DNA of 64,000 nt, taken from the sequence record OR167180; one strand, written 5' to 3'. The stretch is from Escherichia phage MIZ4. The notes beneath the pieces were generated by a model. It was given only the letters and a program-made list of their open reading frames with translations, was not told the DNA's origin and searched no databases. Position numbers and translations under genes: made by a program. Below, piece by piece: positions 1 through 8,183 of the stretch (positions are counted from its first letter, which is position 1; each line of letters begins with the position of its first letter).

Positions 1-14
1 TTTATGCAATAAAA

Positions 15-34
15 AAGCCGACACTAAGGTCGGC
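15..34 (-). terminator. hairpin agccgac/gtcggct followed by T-run on minus strand, downstream of CDS 43..351
   Basis: inverted repeat read directly; minus strand continues TTTTTATTG. Confidence 0.4.
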
Positions 35-42
35 TAATAAAA

Positions 43-351
43 TCATTTAGACAAATAATCATTCTGTGCAATCCGGTCGGCGTATGCTGGTGTTATGTCA
101 ATCGCCAGCACTTTAACGCGTGCTTTCTTGCGACCTGGGTTTTCTCGTAACCAGTGCTCATGACCGTGAACATTTTTATACTTTGATGCTGTTTCGAAAG
201 TACGGATCGGACCTGGGTAATCAGCGTAAAGGATCTCTAGATCTTCGGTGATGTAAAAATATACATCGTAATTGCTGTTCTCTAGCTTAAGCAGAGACTT
301 TCGGAACATTGGGAGATTTTCGCGGGTAAATTCAAAGATATTATCTTTCAT
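43..351 (-). CDS. small early protein, HxHW/LA(V/I)D(V/I) paralog family member 1 of 6
   Basis: ORF track; motif HGHEHW ... VLAIDI shared with 5 neighbouring ORFs. Confidence 0.55.
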   Translation of the reverse strand: MKDNIFEFTRENLPMFRKSLLKLENSNYDVYFYITEDLEILYADYPGPIRTFETASKYKNVHGHEHWLRENPGRKKARVKVLAIDITPAYADRIAQNDYLSK

Positions 352-377
352 AGTATTATCCTCAATAGTTGGATGAA

Positions 378-397
378 AAGGGGCGTTAACGCCCCCA
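378..397 (-). terminator. hairpin GGGGCGTTAACGCCCC followed by TTTTC on minus strand, downstream of CDS 402..689
   Basis: perfect palindrome read directly. Confidence 0.35.
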
Positions 398-401
398 TAT
401 A

Positions 402-689
402 TTAAAACAGTCCTTCCTGTACACCGTAGTAGAGTTCGTCGCTGATAATTTCATTAATGCGACGGTGTGTATATTCCTGATTTGCGAAGTTGTCAGCAAG
501 TTCTACTTTAGTTTCGCCGTCATGAGTCCATTTAGTGATAACTTTACCATCTGCAAATTTGAAGTTGAACTCTTTAGCTACTGCATCGCGTACCAGACGT
601 GCAAACTTATTGTTGCGGATTGCATTGTCGGTTTCGTGTGCAGCGTGAGCAAATTTGTTAACTTTCAGAGTGATAGTGATGTATGCCAT
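402..689 (-). CDS. hypothetical small early protein; paralog of CDS 3712..4023
   Basis: ORF track; shared segment R(L/E)VR(D/K)A(V/L)AKEFN. Confidence 0.5.
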   Translation of the reverse strand: MAYITITLKVNKFAHAAHETDNAIRNNKFARLVRDAVAKEFNFKFADGKVITKWTHDGETKVELADNFANQEYTHRRINEIISDELYYGVQEGLF

Positions 690-728
690 AATTTGATTCT
701 CCTAGTTAGAAAGTGTATCTCGTTTCGA

Positions 729-764
729 TGGGTGTATTATGCTATACACCCGATCCGTTGTCAA
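729..764 (-). promoter_or_regulatory. sigma70-like early promoter with palindrome (PeSL-like cassette)
   Basis: minus strand TTGACA (759-764), CATAAT (736-741); palindrome GGGTGTAT/ATACACCC 729-750; RBS and start of CDS 402..689 downstream. Confidence 0.5.
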
Positions 765-770
765 CACTTT

Positions 771-1064
771 TTATAAAATAATTTTTTGATATTTTTCTAT
801 GATGTTTGTGTAGGTCACATCAACCGCTAGCACCGTTGCTTCGAATCCACCGTTTAGCCAATGGCTATGATCATGATCGTGAAAGAAACCTAGACCAGTA
901 CGAAGACCTTCTTTATATTCGGCGCGTACATTCAGTTTGTCGTCGATAAACAGATAAAACCATGAATTTTTACTAGGATTGATGATACAACCTTTCAGAT
1001 TAGGGAGAATATCACGACTAAGAATAAACTTATCACCTACTTTGAACATAATATTAGTCCTCAC
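771..1064 (-). CDS. HxHW family paralog 2
   Basis: ORF track; FFHDHDHSHW ... VLAVDV. Confidence 0.55.
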   Translation of the reverse strand: MRTNIMFKVGDKFILSRDILPNLKGCIINPSKNSWFYLFIDDKLNVRAEYKEGLRTGLGFFHDHDHSHWLNGGFEATVLAVDVTYTNIIEKYQKIIL

Positions 1065-1374
1065 TTATAAGGTCAAACCAATTGTTTTTAGCATAATGCT
1101 TAATGCGTGCTTGATCTGCTTCCGCTGGTGATAGATTCCATGCAACCACTACAACTTCTGACGCATCGTCATCAGTTTCTGATACCCAATGATTGTGATT
1201 CATACAGTTATTTGCTATCGAGTGAGCAAATGATTTCATCACTGGAGACGTATAATCATAGTAACGGATTTTCAGATTTTCATCAACATACAAGTAGATC
1301 GTATACGGCTTATATTCAGTAACCAGTAACAGACAGTTACGCAATTCTGGGAAAATCTTTTTAGTTAATTTCAT
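1054..1374 (-). CDS. HxHW family paralog 3 (divergent C-terminal motif)
   Basis: ORF track; YLYVDENL ... NHNHW. Confidence 0.5.
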   Translation of the reverse strand: MKLTKKIFPELRNCLLLVTEYKPYTIYLYVDENLKIRYYDYTSPVMKSFAHSIANNCMNHNHWVSETDDDASEVVVVAWNLSPAEADQARIKHYAKNNWFDLISED

Positions 1375-1576
1375 ATTCTAGTTCTCCGTAATACACGGTA
1401 ATCCATTTTTCTTCATACTTTGTATCTTTCCAACACACAATCCCGTTTACTGTGCAATCTTTGGAATTGACGAATGATTCATATTGTTCCGCATCTTCCA
1501 TCATTTCATGAGCGGTCTTTTCATCGAATATATCGCAGATCGCTTTATATGCTCGATAATCTTTAAATTTGCTCAT
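1361..1576 (-). CDS. hypothetical small protein, tandem paralog of 1579..1788
   Basis: ORF track; both begin MSKFKDY(R/K)AY and share MMEDA, GIV(C/S)WK(D/E)T; start trimmed to the Met matching the paralog. Confidence 0.5.
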   Translation of the reverse strand: MSKFKDYRAYKAICDIFDEKTAHEMMEDAEQYESFVNSKDCTVNGIVCWKDTKYEEKWITVYYGELEYEIN

Positions 1577-1578
1577 AA

Positions 1579-1788
1579 TTAACACCACTCAAGAGTTTTT
1601 GAAAACACATCTATCCATTGTTGAGTATATGCGGTTTCTTTCCATGATACAATACCAGTCGAATAATGGTTTTTGTTTCCAGAAAAGGACGGGCATTTTG
1701 ATGCATCTTCCATCATCTTTTCGGCGAACTCTGGTTCGTATACTCGCAAGATCTGTTGATATGCTTTGTAGTCTTTAAATTTGCTCAT
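1579..1788 (-). CDS. hypothetical small protein, tandem paralog of 1361..1576
   Basis: ORF track. Confidence 0.5.
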   Translation of the reverse strand: MSKFKDYKAYQQILRVYEPEFAEKMMEDASKCPSFSGNKNHYSTGIVSWKETAYTQQWIDVFSKTLEWC

Positions 1789-2053
1789 AATCGTTAACTA
1801 CCTTATCAGCTTCTTTTATTGTTTTTACATCAACTGCGATAATACGTAAAGGTTCGTCGAATGTCCACCAATGATCGTGAATATCAGCTTGTGATTTATC
1901 ACCAAAGGAATCACGAATATCATTTTTACATTTATAGCTAATGTGACCGTTATAGTCAACATAAAGGTAATTATCGAAAATCGGCGTTTTTAAGATCATA
2001 CCGAAAAATCTTTCTTTGTGTGTCTTATCCAGCGTTGCAGTAATTCGCATCAT
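1775..2053 (-). CDS. HxHW family paralog 4
   Basis: ORF track; YLYVDYNG ... IHDHWW ... IIAVDV. Confidence 0.55.
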   Translation of the reverse strand: MMRITATLDKTHKERFFGMILKTPIFDNYLYVDYNGHISYKCKNDIRDSFGDKSQADIHDHWWTFDEPLRIIAVDVKTIKEADKVVNDYEQI

Positions 2054-2065
2054 AATATATTCCTC

Positions 2066-2245
2066 TTAGAAAGGGATGGTCATTTCTTGAGCTTGTACAT
2101 TCTCGTTAGGATTAAACTTCATCCAACCGATATTGTCTACCAGCATATGCACATTTTTATCATATCCTACGTGAGTAGTCAACACTAAATGTGCTTTGCC
2201 TTCAACGATGATTTCCATGTACTTCTGAACTTCGATAGATTTCAT
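2066..2245 (-). CDS. hypothetical small protein (59 aa), below ORF-track cutoff
   Basis: hand-translated minus-strand ORF MKSIEVQKYMEIIVEGKAHL...; GGAGA RBS upstream; sits directly downstream of promoter cassette 2272..2306. Confidence 0.4.
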   Translation of the reverse strand: MKSIEVQKYMEIIVEGKAHLVLTTHVGYDKNVHMLVDNIGWMKFNPNENVQAQEMTIPF

Positions 2246-2271
2246 TTTGATTCTCCGTTTGTTGTCTTGGT

Positions 2272-2306
2272 GGGAGTATCTTACTACTCCCTTTAATCAT
2301 TGTCAA
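2272..2306 (-). promoter_or_regulatory. early promoter with palindrome GGGAGTA-N6-TACTCCC
   Basis: minus strand TTGACA (2301-2306), N17, TAAGAT (2278-2283); palindrome spans the -10. Confidence 0.5.
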
Positions 2307-2309
2307 CGA

Positions 2310-2477
2310 TTATTTGTTAATTTCTGGTGCGTTGCTAGGATAGTAACCTTCTTTAACACCCAGATATTTTGCAACCATTCCGGTGATCTTCTGTGCTACT
2401 ACGATATCGAATTTCAGGTAGTCTTCACCGTGGTTTGCTACAATGTATGCTTCGCATTCTGCTTTAGTCTGGAACAT
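2310..2477 (-). CDS. hypothetical small protein (55 aa)
   Basis: ORF track 2310..2543 trimmed to internal ATG 2475-2477 with AGGAGA RBS; the track N-terminus reads through the promoter cassette. Confidence 0.45.
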   Translation of the reverse strand: MFQTKAECEAYIVANHGEDYLKFDIVVAQKITGMVAKYLGVKEGYYPSNAPEINK

Positions 2478-2511
2478 TTTTGATTCTCCTATATCTCGTT
2501 GGTATGTGTGT

Positions 2512-2540
2512 AGTATAGGGGATCGGTGATCCCCTGTCAA
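2512..2540 (-). promoter_or_regulatory. early promoter, spacer is the palindrome GGGGATCACCGATCCCC
   Basis: minus strand TTGACA (2535-2540), 17-nt palindromic spacer, TATACT (2512-2517). Confidence 0.55.
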
Positions 2541-2548
2541 CAACTTTT

Positions 2549-2857
2549 TTATTCTTCATCTTCATTTTTATCTTTATATGCGTACTTCATAAATTTGTCT
2601 GCTACTTTGTCCGCGTTTTCAGGTTCTACGTCTGACGCTAGGACAACAGCTAGTTCGGTTTTGTCGTTTCCATCATACCAATGATTATGAGTGTCGTTTT
2701 CTTCGATATAAAACGAATCATTTGGAGTTGTGCGACAATATACGTCTAAATTCCCATCGATATAAAAGATCCAATCCGAATACAAAATGATTGCTTTAGC
2801 CAGATTTTTATTGTCTCTTACAAAAGGTTCCGCGACAAATAGCTTAGTTTGTTCCAT
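2549..2857 (-). CDS. HxHW family paralog 5
   Basis: ORF track 2549..2914 trimmed to Met with GAGGA RBS; FYIDGNL ... THNHW ... LAVVLASDV. Confidence 0.5.
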   Translation of the reverse strand: MEQTKLFVAEPFVRDNKNLAKAIILYSDWIFYIDGNLDVYCRTTPNDSFYIEENDTHNHWYDGNDKTELAVVLASDVEPENADKVADKFMKYAYKDKNEDEE

Positions 2858-2873
2858 AATATTTTCCTCAAAA

Positions 2874-3065
2874 TTATACAGCTTCGTAAACTTCCCAATG
2901 TTCAGCGCCAACACGCTTAACGAAAAGGTTTTCTTTGATGTTATTCATAAACGCCTGGATGGATTTAATGCGGTTGGAAGGTTTCCAGTCTTCGTTGGCA
3001 TTGCGGCGATACATAATAACATTACCAGTTCGCTTATATTCAGCAACCATTTTAAGACCACACAT
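2874..3065 (-). CDS. hypothetical small protein (63 aa)
   Basis: ORF track; GAGGA RBS upstream. Confidence 0.45.
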   Translation of the reverse strand: MCGLKMVAEYKRTGNVIMYRRNANEDWKPSNRIKSIQAFMNNIKENLFVKRVGAEHWEVYEAV

Positions 3066-3122
3066 AATATTATCCTCAATTTGTGGGAGAGTATTACCCC
3101 TCCCAATGAATGTTATGTTATA

Positions 3123-3443
3123 TCACACAAAATGGCGTGTCAATGCTTCTTTTGCGGTTCCGCTAAGACTTTCGATCTCGCCTGGCATAACATCAACCGC
3201 CAGAACTTCTACAACATCCTCGGACCCTAACCAGTGAGTATGACCTTTGTAGAACTTGATAACCAGACTACCTTCCTCGTCCCATTTAACGCTATCGCTA
3301 GCCCACCACACATCACCGTCGATAAAGTTGATGTAAAGCACACTACGCCACATTGAATTAATTACTTTCAATACTGCGCCTTTCATCTCTTCCACGGTAT
3401 GGTCTTCCATTTTGAAGACCTCACCTACCCGAACTTTTGCCAT
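3123..3443 (-). CDS. HxHW family paralog 6
   Basis: ORF track; YINFIDGDV ... GHTHW ... VLAVDV. Confidence 0.55.
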   Translation of the reverse strand: MAKVRVGEVFKMEDHTVEEMKGAVLKVINSMWRSVLYINFIDGDVWWASDSVKWDEEGSLVIKFYKGHTHWLGSEDVVEVLAVDVMPGEIESLSGTAKEALTRHFV

Positions 3444-3460
3444 TTAGTCACCTCTCTTTA

Positions 3461-3640
3461 TTACATAACAATCACGCCAGCCGTTGAAAGTTGATGTTTC
3501 AACTGAGCATTTTCTGCTACCGTCAAATCAATGATTTCTTGTGACGCTGCAATCATATATCCATTGGTGATATTGTTTTGCATCAGTTCAATGGTTTCTT
3601 CGTTGTAGCGGATTTTAGCGATGATTTCGTTGAAGTTCAT
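3461..3640 (-). CDS. hypothetical small protein (59 aa)
   Basis: ORF track 3461..3706 trimmed to internal ATG 3638-3640 with AGGAGA RBS; track N-terminus lies in the promoter cassette. Confidence 0.45.
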   Translation of the reverse strand: MNFNEIIAKIRYNEETIELMQNNITNGYMIAASQEIIDLTVAENAQLKHQLSTAGVIVM

Positions 3641-3674
3641 GATTGATTCTCCTAGTTCGTTTCGGTATGTGTGT

Positions 3675-3703
3675 AGTATAGGGGATCGGTGATCCCCTGT
3701 CAA
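3675..3703 (-). promoter_or_regulatory. early promoter, palindromic spacer GGGGATCGGTGATCCCC
   Basis: identical to cassette 2512..2540. Confidence 0.55.
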
Positions 3704-3711
3704 CAACTTTT

Positions 3712-4023
3712 TTAAAGTTTTTCCATGATAACGGTCATAATTACATCTTCTGCGCGAGCGGTCAGATTATCAGCGTCAGGATGTGGGCGGTTGGTTGTTA
3801 CAGAGATAACACCGTTGCGCACTGGTTTGATATTGATATCAAGATGATCCGCGAAACGTTCGCCATTTACAGAATGAATTTTGGTGTTAAATTCTTTTGC
3901 CAGTGCCTTGCGAACTTCACGAATCAGGGTAGCGTTTTTCAGTTGGTTCTCCGCGCTCATGGTCTTCTGGGTGTTCATGGTTCCGTCGAAGTCAATCATT
4001 GGCAGCGTTACGATGTATTTCAT
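3712..4023 (-). CDS. hypothetical small early protein; paralog of 402..689
   Basis: ORF track. Confidence 0.5.
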   Translation of the reverse strand: MKYIVTLPMIDFDGTMNTQKTMSAENQLKNATLIREVRKALAKEFNTKIHSVNGERFADHLDINIKPVRNGVISVTTNRPHPDADNLTARAEDVIMTVIMEKL

Positions 4024-4069
4024 TTTTGATTCTCCGTTTAAGAAAGTGTGTTTCGTTTTGATGTGTGTA

Positions 4070-4098
4070 TTATAAGGGGATCACCGATCCCCTGTCAA
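4070..4098 (-). promoter_or_regulatory. early promoter, palindromic spacer (third copy of GGGGATC-N3-GATCCCC)
   Basis: minus TTGACA (4093-4098), palindrome 4076-4092, TTATAA (4070-4075). Confidence 0.5.
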
Positions 4099-4110
4099 CA
4101 ACTTTTTGGA

Positions 4111-4587
4111 TTATTTTTCTTGATGCTCGCGCTCATACTTTTCGAAATAAAATTCTACTGGCTGATCGTGGATTGAAAGCAAGCCAAAGCGTTTAGCCGC
4201 TCGCAATCCCATATTGCGCTGAATGTACTTCTGGAAGTTCTCTCGTATACACTTACGCCAGTATTCTAAGCCCATACAGCTTTTATAAAGATTGCATTGT
4301 ACACACGCCGGATTCATGTTATCAAGTATATCATGTTCCGGTTTATGCATTCCTACAACCTTATACTTCCACGATCCATCATCATTACGGGCAATTCGTC
4401 CATTTTCATCATAGACTACCTTTGAGCGTCGCAATACTGGTTTGATGTGGTCTGCGTGCCAGCGATCCCCTAGTTCCTCGCCACAATAGGCACAACGTCC
4501 ACCGTATTTCATTTTCAGGATCTGGCGTTGCTCTTTCTTTGACAATTTTTTAGGTTTAGGGGCTTTCGCCCCTTCATTATCACACAT
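4111..4587 (-). CDS. HNH endonuclease (free-standing, homing-endonuclease-like)
   Basis: ORF track; CAYCGEEL..HADHIKPV ... N..CVQCN..K His-Me finger pattern. Confidence 0.7.
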   Translation of the reverse strand: MCDNEGAKAPKPKKLSKKEQRQILKMKYGGRCAYCGEELGDRWHADHIKPVLRRSKVVYDENGRIARNDDGSWKYKVVGMHKPEHDILDNMNPACVQCNLYKSCMGLEYWRKCIRENFQKYIQRNMGLRAAKRFGLLSIHDQPVEFYFEKYEREHQEK

Positions 4588-6082
4588 CGAATACCTCTTT
4601 TACTGTATTTGCTGTGGTCTTGTCGTAGCGAATACGTTTGATGATTGGGAGAAATAAAGAGAACTCCGGTTCATCTTCTTTACGTGATTTGCTGCGAATG
4701 TACCCGTTGCATGTCATCTCAATGACTTTTCCAATCAGGTTATGACGGTCAGCCCATAACATTTCTCGGTCGAGTTCATTTCGACGATCGAACGGAATTA
4801 CACGTTCGATACCATCATCACCTTTTTCGGTTGTGGTGTCGGTTAATCCCGATCCGGTATTAGTCATCATTCGTCCGCACGCACTACGGACAGTAAAACC
4901 GCCTACCTTATTAGGATCTTTACTATGCGGATATACATCAACAATTTCCGCGTCGAAGTCAATAACTTCTTTAAATTTAACCTGATCTTTACTACGGCGA
5001 TCTTCAAATACACCATGTAAATTTTTAAGGATAATACCTTCTAAGCCCATGTTGACATAACGATGATATACTTCGCGAGCTTCATCGATATTGTTAACTA
5101 CGGTATTTTCGATTATCTGAACACGAGGATCGTTAAGTTCTTCAACAATCTGTTTTAGTTCTTCGAATCGATCTTTATATTGCTTCGTTGCTTTCTCGTT
5201 TCCGTAATACACATCACGGTCGATAACATCCCAGACAGTGTAAACAATACATTGGGCTTCTTCTTTTGGAATAGTTCCTTTCAGTGATTTGTTGAGGATA
5301 CCATTTCCGGTCTGACGATCTGCAACAACGGATTCTTTCACCGCTTCCGCTACTGGCGTTAATGGCATTTCCTCTTCTTCAAATATCCATGACAGAGTAC
5401 CATCATAAACGCTCTCAACGAAGTTCTGCGCTGGTGTTTGCGAAAGGGTAGGCATATATACCAATTCGCCATCTAGAACAATTCCACGGCCTCGTAGACG
5501 CTCTAAAACCGCAAACAAATCATCAAGCCCTTGATAGGTATTACCTGAACGGGTATAGATTGATAATGTTTCCCCGTCAATATCAGCCATACCACGAGCG
5601 CCATCGCTTTTAAGTTGTGCATACGCCGGATACTTGATATTAGCAATAGTCTTATCAGAACATGACGATGCCAGGTGGCACGGTTGCTGGGGGATCAGTT
5701 TCTTCCATACCTTGTTTGCAGTGGTAGCGGAACAACCGCATTCCAGGTCACGATTCAGGACCATCATTGCAACTTTAGCATCATCCTCTGACAAGCAAGT
5801 CAGAGTATCGGTAACTAGCTGTAATGCTGCGTTGCCAGTTACTTGACGCGTGGCAAGTTTATTTTTAAAGACCTGTAATGCACCGGATAAAGACAATACA
5901 GACGAATAACGCGATGGTTTATCGTATTTCTTTACGCCAAACGTAACCTGTTTGCAATATGCCAGATAAAAGCATTCTTTCAGCGTTTCATTGCTCGCGG
6001 ATTCTTTCAGAATCTTTTCTTTCAGCGATGTTTTGTCTGTTGCTGCAAGCTGATTAATGATATTAAGAATTGACATTTTCAC
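4580..6082 (-). CDS. 30: ATP-dependent DNA ligase
   Basis: ORF track; KSDGAR adenylation motif; collinear by eye with T4 gp30 (GLEGIILKN, KFKEVID, NTFEDVF-like C-terminus). Confidence 0.92.
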   Translation of the reverse strand: MKMSILNIINQLAATDKTSLKEKILKESASNETLKECFYLAYCKQVTFGVKKYDKPSRYSSVLSLSGALQVFKNKLATRQVTGNAALQLVTDTLTCLSEDDAKVAMMVLNRDLECGCSATTANKVWKKLIPQQPCHLASSCSDKTIANIKYPAYAQLKSDGARGMADIDGETLSIYTRSGNTYQGLDDLFAVLERLRGRGIVLDGELVYMPTLSQTPAQNFVESVYDGTLSWIFEEEEMPLTPVAEAVKESVVADRQTGNGILNKSLKGTIPKEEAQCIVYTVWDVIDRDVYYGNEKATKQYKDRFEELKQIVEELNDPRVQIIENTVVNNIDEAREVYHRYVNMGLEGIILKNLHGVFEDRRSKDQVKFKEVIDFDAEIVDVYPHSKDPNKVGGFTVRSACGRMMTNTGSGLTDTTTEKGDDGIERVIPFDRRNELDREMLWADRHNLIGKVIEMTCNGYIRSKSRKEDEPEFSLFLPIIKRIRYDKTTANTVKEVFDV

Positions 6083-6542
6083 CTCGTTTTGTTAAACGTT
6101 CACGAATATCATTGAGGATACTACAAAATTCCGATTCAGTCAATATAGTCTTTAACGGATCAGTTCCACCTATACTATGACGCAATTTCTTATTTCCGGT
6201 AGCGAGTAATGCTTTACAAAATTCTGGGTTATTCCGTGCCATCGTAACAAATGCCAGATGTACCAGTCTGTAATAATGCTCACTCATTCGATGAATCGGG
6301 CGACCCTGAAAATATAACATGTGATTCTCTATCTTTTCGGTCCTTCCGGTTCTTTTTGCTTTGCCACCGTGCATCAAAAAGATTTCTCTTTGCTTTTCTG
6401 GATTCTTGAATCTTAATCCCTGTAAAAATCCTTCTGTGCTGTTAATATCGCAACCAAATAGACGGAATGGTCTTTTATTGAAATTGCTCAATTCACCCGA
6501 TGGATAAGGTCCACCCGCATAGATATCAATTTCAGAAGTCAT
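6063..6542 (-). CDS. hypothetical protein, possibly NADAR (YbiA-like) domain
   Basis: ORF track; LSNF ... EGFLQGLRF pattern resembles NADAR core; weak. Confidence 0.35.
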   Translation of the reverse strand: MTSEIDIYAGGPYPSGELSNFNKRPFRLFGCDINSTEGFLQGLRFKNPEKQREIFLMHGGKAKRTGRTEKIENHMLYFQGRPIHRMSEHYYRLVHLAFVTMARNNPEFCKALLATGNKKLRHSIGGTDPLKTILTESEFCSILNDIRERLTKRGENVNS

Positions 6543-6696
6543 TGAAACTAATCTCGCTAATCAGAGAGAACGGATCATAATCGTCACTAGGAATATCGAT
6601 AGTAATCGAGTGAGGGTTTACCCATACACCAAACTGGTCTTCTTCGGTGAATACTTCTGTATGGATTTCGTGGATGTTTACATTCATAGTTTTCAT
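6532..6696 (-). CDS. hypothetical small protein (54 aa), below ORF-track cutoff
   Basis: hand-translated MKTMNVNIHEIHTEVFTEEDQFGVW...; RBS AGGAA; overlaps next start. Confidence 0.35.
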   Translation of the reverse strand: MKTMNVNIHEIHTEVFTEEDQFGVWVNPHSITIDIPSDDYDPFSLISEISFNDF

Positions 6697-6747
6697 AATA
6701 AAATTCCTTAATAATCAATAACTTACAAAATCATATAGCCAAAATAT

Positions 6748-6768
6748 AGGCGGGATTATTACCCGCCG
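6748..6768 (-). terminator. hairpin ggcggg/cccgcc then T-rich run on minus strand downstream of gene 31
   Basis: read directly. Confidence 0.45.
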
Positions 6769-6779
6769 TTTAAAAATCA

Positions 6780-7103
6780 TTAACCGTAAACTACCACAAT
6801 ATTCTGTTTGTGCGTTACAGTCCATTTCAGGTCGATCTCTTCTTCCTTCTTAACGCCGTTAATAACGTCTGGATGAGGAACTTTATTCATCTTTCCATGT
6901 GGCAGTAAAACAGTTTTACCCAGCAATTCTTTATCTACCGTCTCGCCAATATCAATAATCTTACCTACCAGCGGAATCTCACCCATAGTGCGCTTTTGCT
7001 CAATAATGATCCCCATAGAGCTTTTTACTTCGGTCCCTGCGCTTTCTGCTTTAGCTTCGATAATTACATAATCACCAAGTGCTTTAGGAGTTTTAACGGT
7101 CAT
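6780..7103 (-). CDS. 31: co-chaperonin (GroES-like) gp31
   Basis: ORF track; size and G(D/E)YV(I/L) ... VPHP pattern like T4 gp31; position next to cd. Confidence 0.75.
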   Translation of the reverse strand: MTVKTPKALGDYVIIEAKAESAGTEVKSSMGIIIEQKRTMGEIPLVGKIIDIGETVDKELLGKTVLLPHGKMNKVPHPDVINGVKKEEEIDLKWTVTHKQNIVVVYG

Positions 7104-7144
7104 AATTTTATTACCTCTTCAAATCAATACAGTTTAATGATGAA

Positions 7145-7465
7145 TTATTTATAAATTTCGACGATCTGCGCTGGAGTCAGCCCGTCTACATTAATCAGAC
7201 TATCAAGCCCAAAACTACGGAAACCTTCAACTGCAATTTCATATACTGGCAAAGATGTTTCTGATTCTTTACGCGGTTTTTCAACATTAGGAACTAACCA
7301 CTTTTCGTATGTTTCGAAAGGCATCAGTGCCGGATCTCGCGTGGCGATCATCTCGCGGACAGTACCATCTTTCTTAGTAAACTGCAAAGAGTAAGTACCG
7401 ACCGAAAACATTTTCTTTAGTGCTTCACGAAGTGCGATATTATCAATTTGTTCGGTCATTATCAA
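7145..7465 (-). CDS. hypothetical protein
   Basis: ORF track. Confidence 0.45.
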   Translation of the reverse strand: MIMTEQIDNIALREALKKMFSVGTYSLQFTKKDGTVREMIATRDPALMPFETYEKWLVPNVEKPRKESETSLPVYEIAVEGFRSFGLDSLINVDGLTPAQIVEIYK

Positions 7466-7958
7466 TACCCTTCAAATCAGTCAATAATGCTTTTGGAATA
7501 CGCGTAACCGTAATGTCGGCTTTATCCAAAATATCAGCCCAATCACGCCCACCATTTCGATCATATGTGTCGCAGTAATATATGTGTTTAATACCACTGT
7601 TTGCAATTGCTTTAGCGCAATCTGGACACGGTGAAGCAGTACACCACATACTAGCGCCTTCAATCGATACACCGCTACGGGCAGCAAACAAAATAGCATT
7701 TAATTCAGCGTGGATCTCGTTTTTCTGTGACCATGCACTATGCTCTGGTCGTTTTTCTGGGATCATTTTGCCGTCATCATCCAGCCAACCGCTTTTATGT
7801 GCATGACAGCTACAGTTTTCTTGCCCTGCTGGAGTGCCGTTAAATCCAGTAGAAATGATTCGCCCGTCTTTTTCGATCAGTGCGCCTACCTTCCACGAAA
7901 CACATTTAGAGTTCTTTGCTATTAGATAGGCGATCTGCATGTAAGTTTGTGACAACAT
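7443..7958 (-). CDS. cd: dCMP deaminase
   Basis: ORF track; HAE zinc-binding and PCxxC motifs (CSCHAHKSG ... HAELNAI ... ASPCPDCAKAI). Confidence 0.9.
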   Translation of the reverse strand: MLSQTYMQIAYLIAKNSKCVSWKVGALIEKDGRIISTGFNGTPAGQENCSCHAHKSGWLDDDGKMIPEKRPEHSAWSQKNEIHAELNAILFAARSGVSIEGASMWCTASPCPDCAKAIANSGIKHIYYCDTYDRNGGRDWADILDKADITVTRIPKALLTDLKGIDNDRTN

Positions 7959-7979
7959 AATATAATCCTCACATATTAA

Positions 7980-8183
7980 TTAACCGTATACGCGAAAGTA
8001 TTCTACTGATCCGTCGCTATACTGTTTTACATTGAATGTATTCACACCATGATTATTTCTCATGATGACATATACACTGCGACGTTCATCGCTAAACGGC
8101 ATAACTGGCGCGGGTTCAATGTCAACACTAAAACCACGTTTAGCAAGTGCTTCTCCTAATTGCTTGAGTTTATCGGTAAACAT
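7980..8183 (-). CDS. hypothetical small protein
   Basis: ORF track. Confidence 0.45.
   Translation of the reverse strand: MFTDKLKQLGEALAKRGFSVDIEPAPVMPFSDERRSVYVIMRNNHGVNTFNVKQYSDGSVEYFRVYG

Noticed and set aside
2478-3706. Shared N-terminus MLTGDHRSPILHTY in track ORFs 2310..2543 and 3461..3706 (similar extensions at 40339..40674 and 14777..15007)
   Set aside because: The shared residues are the translation of the repeated promoter/palindrome cassette, not a conserved domain; the genes most likely start at the internal ATG that has an RBS.
2272-4098. Possible CRISPR array suggested by identical repeated 17-20-nt palindromes
   Set aside because: Repeats are separated by whole genes at irregular 0.4-1.2 kb spacing, each sits inside a -35/-10 promoter, and there are several different repeat sequences; not a CRISPR architecture.
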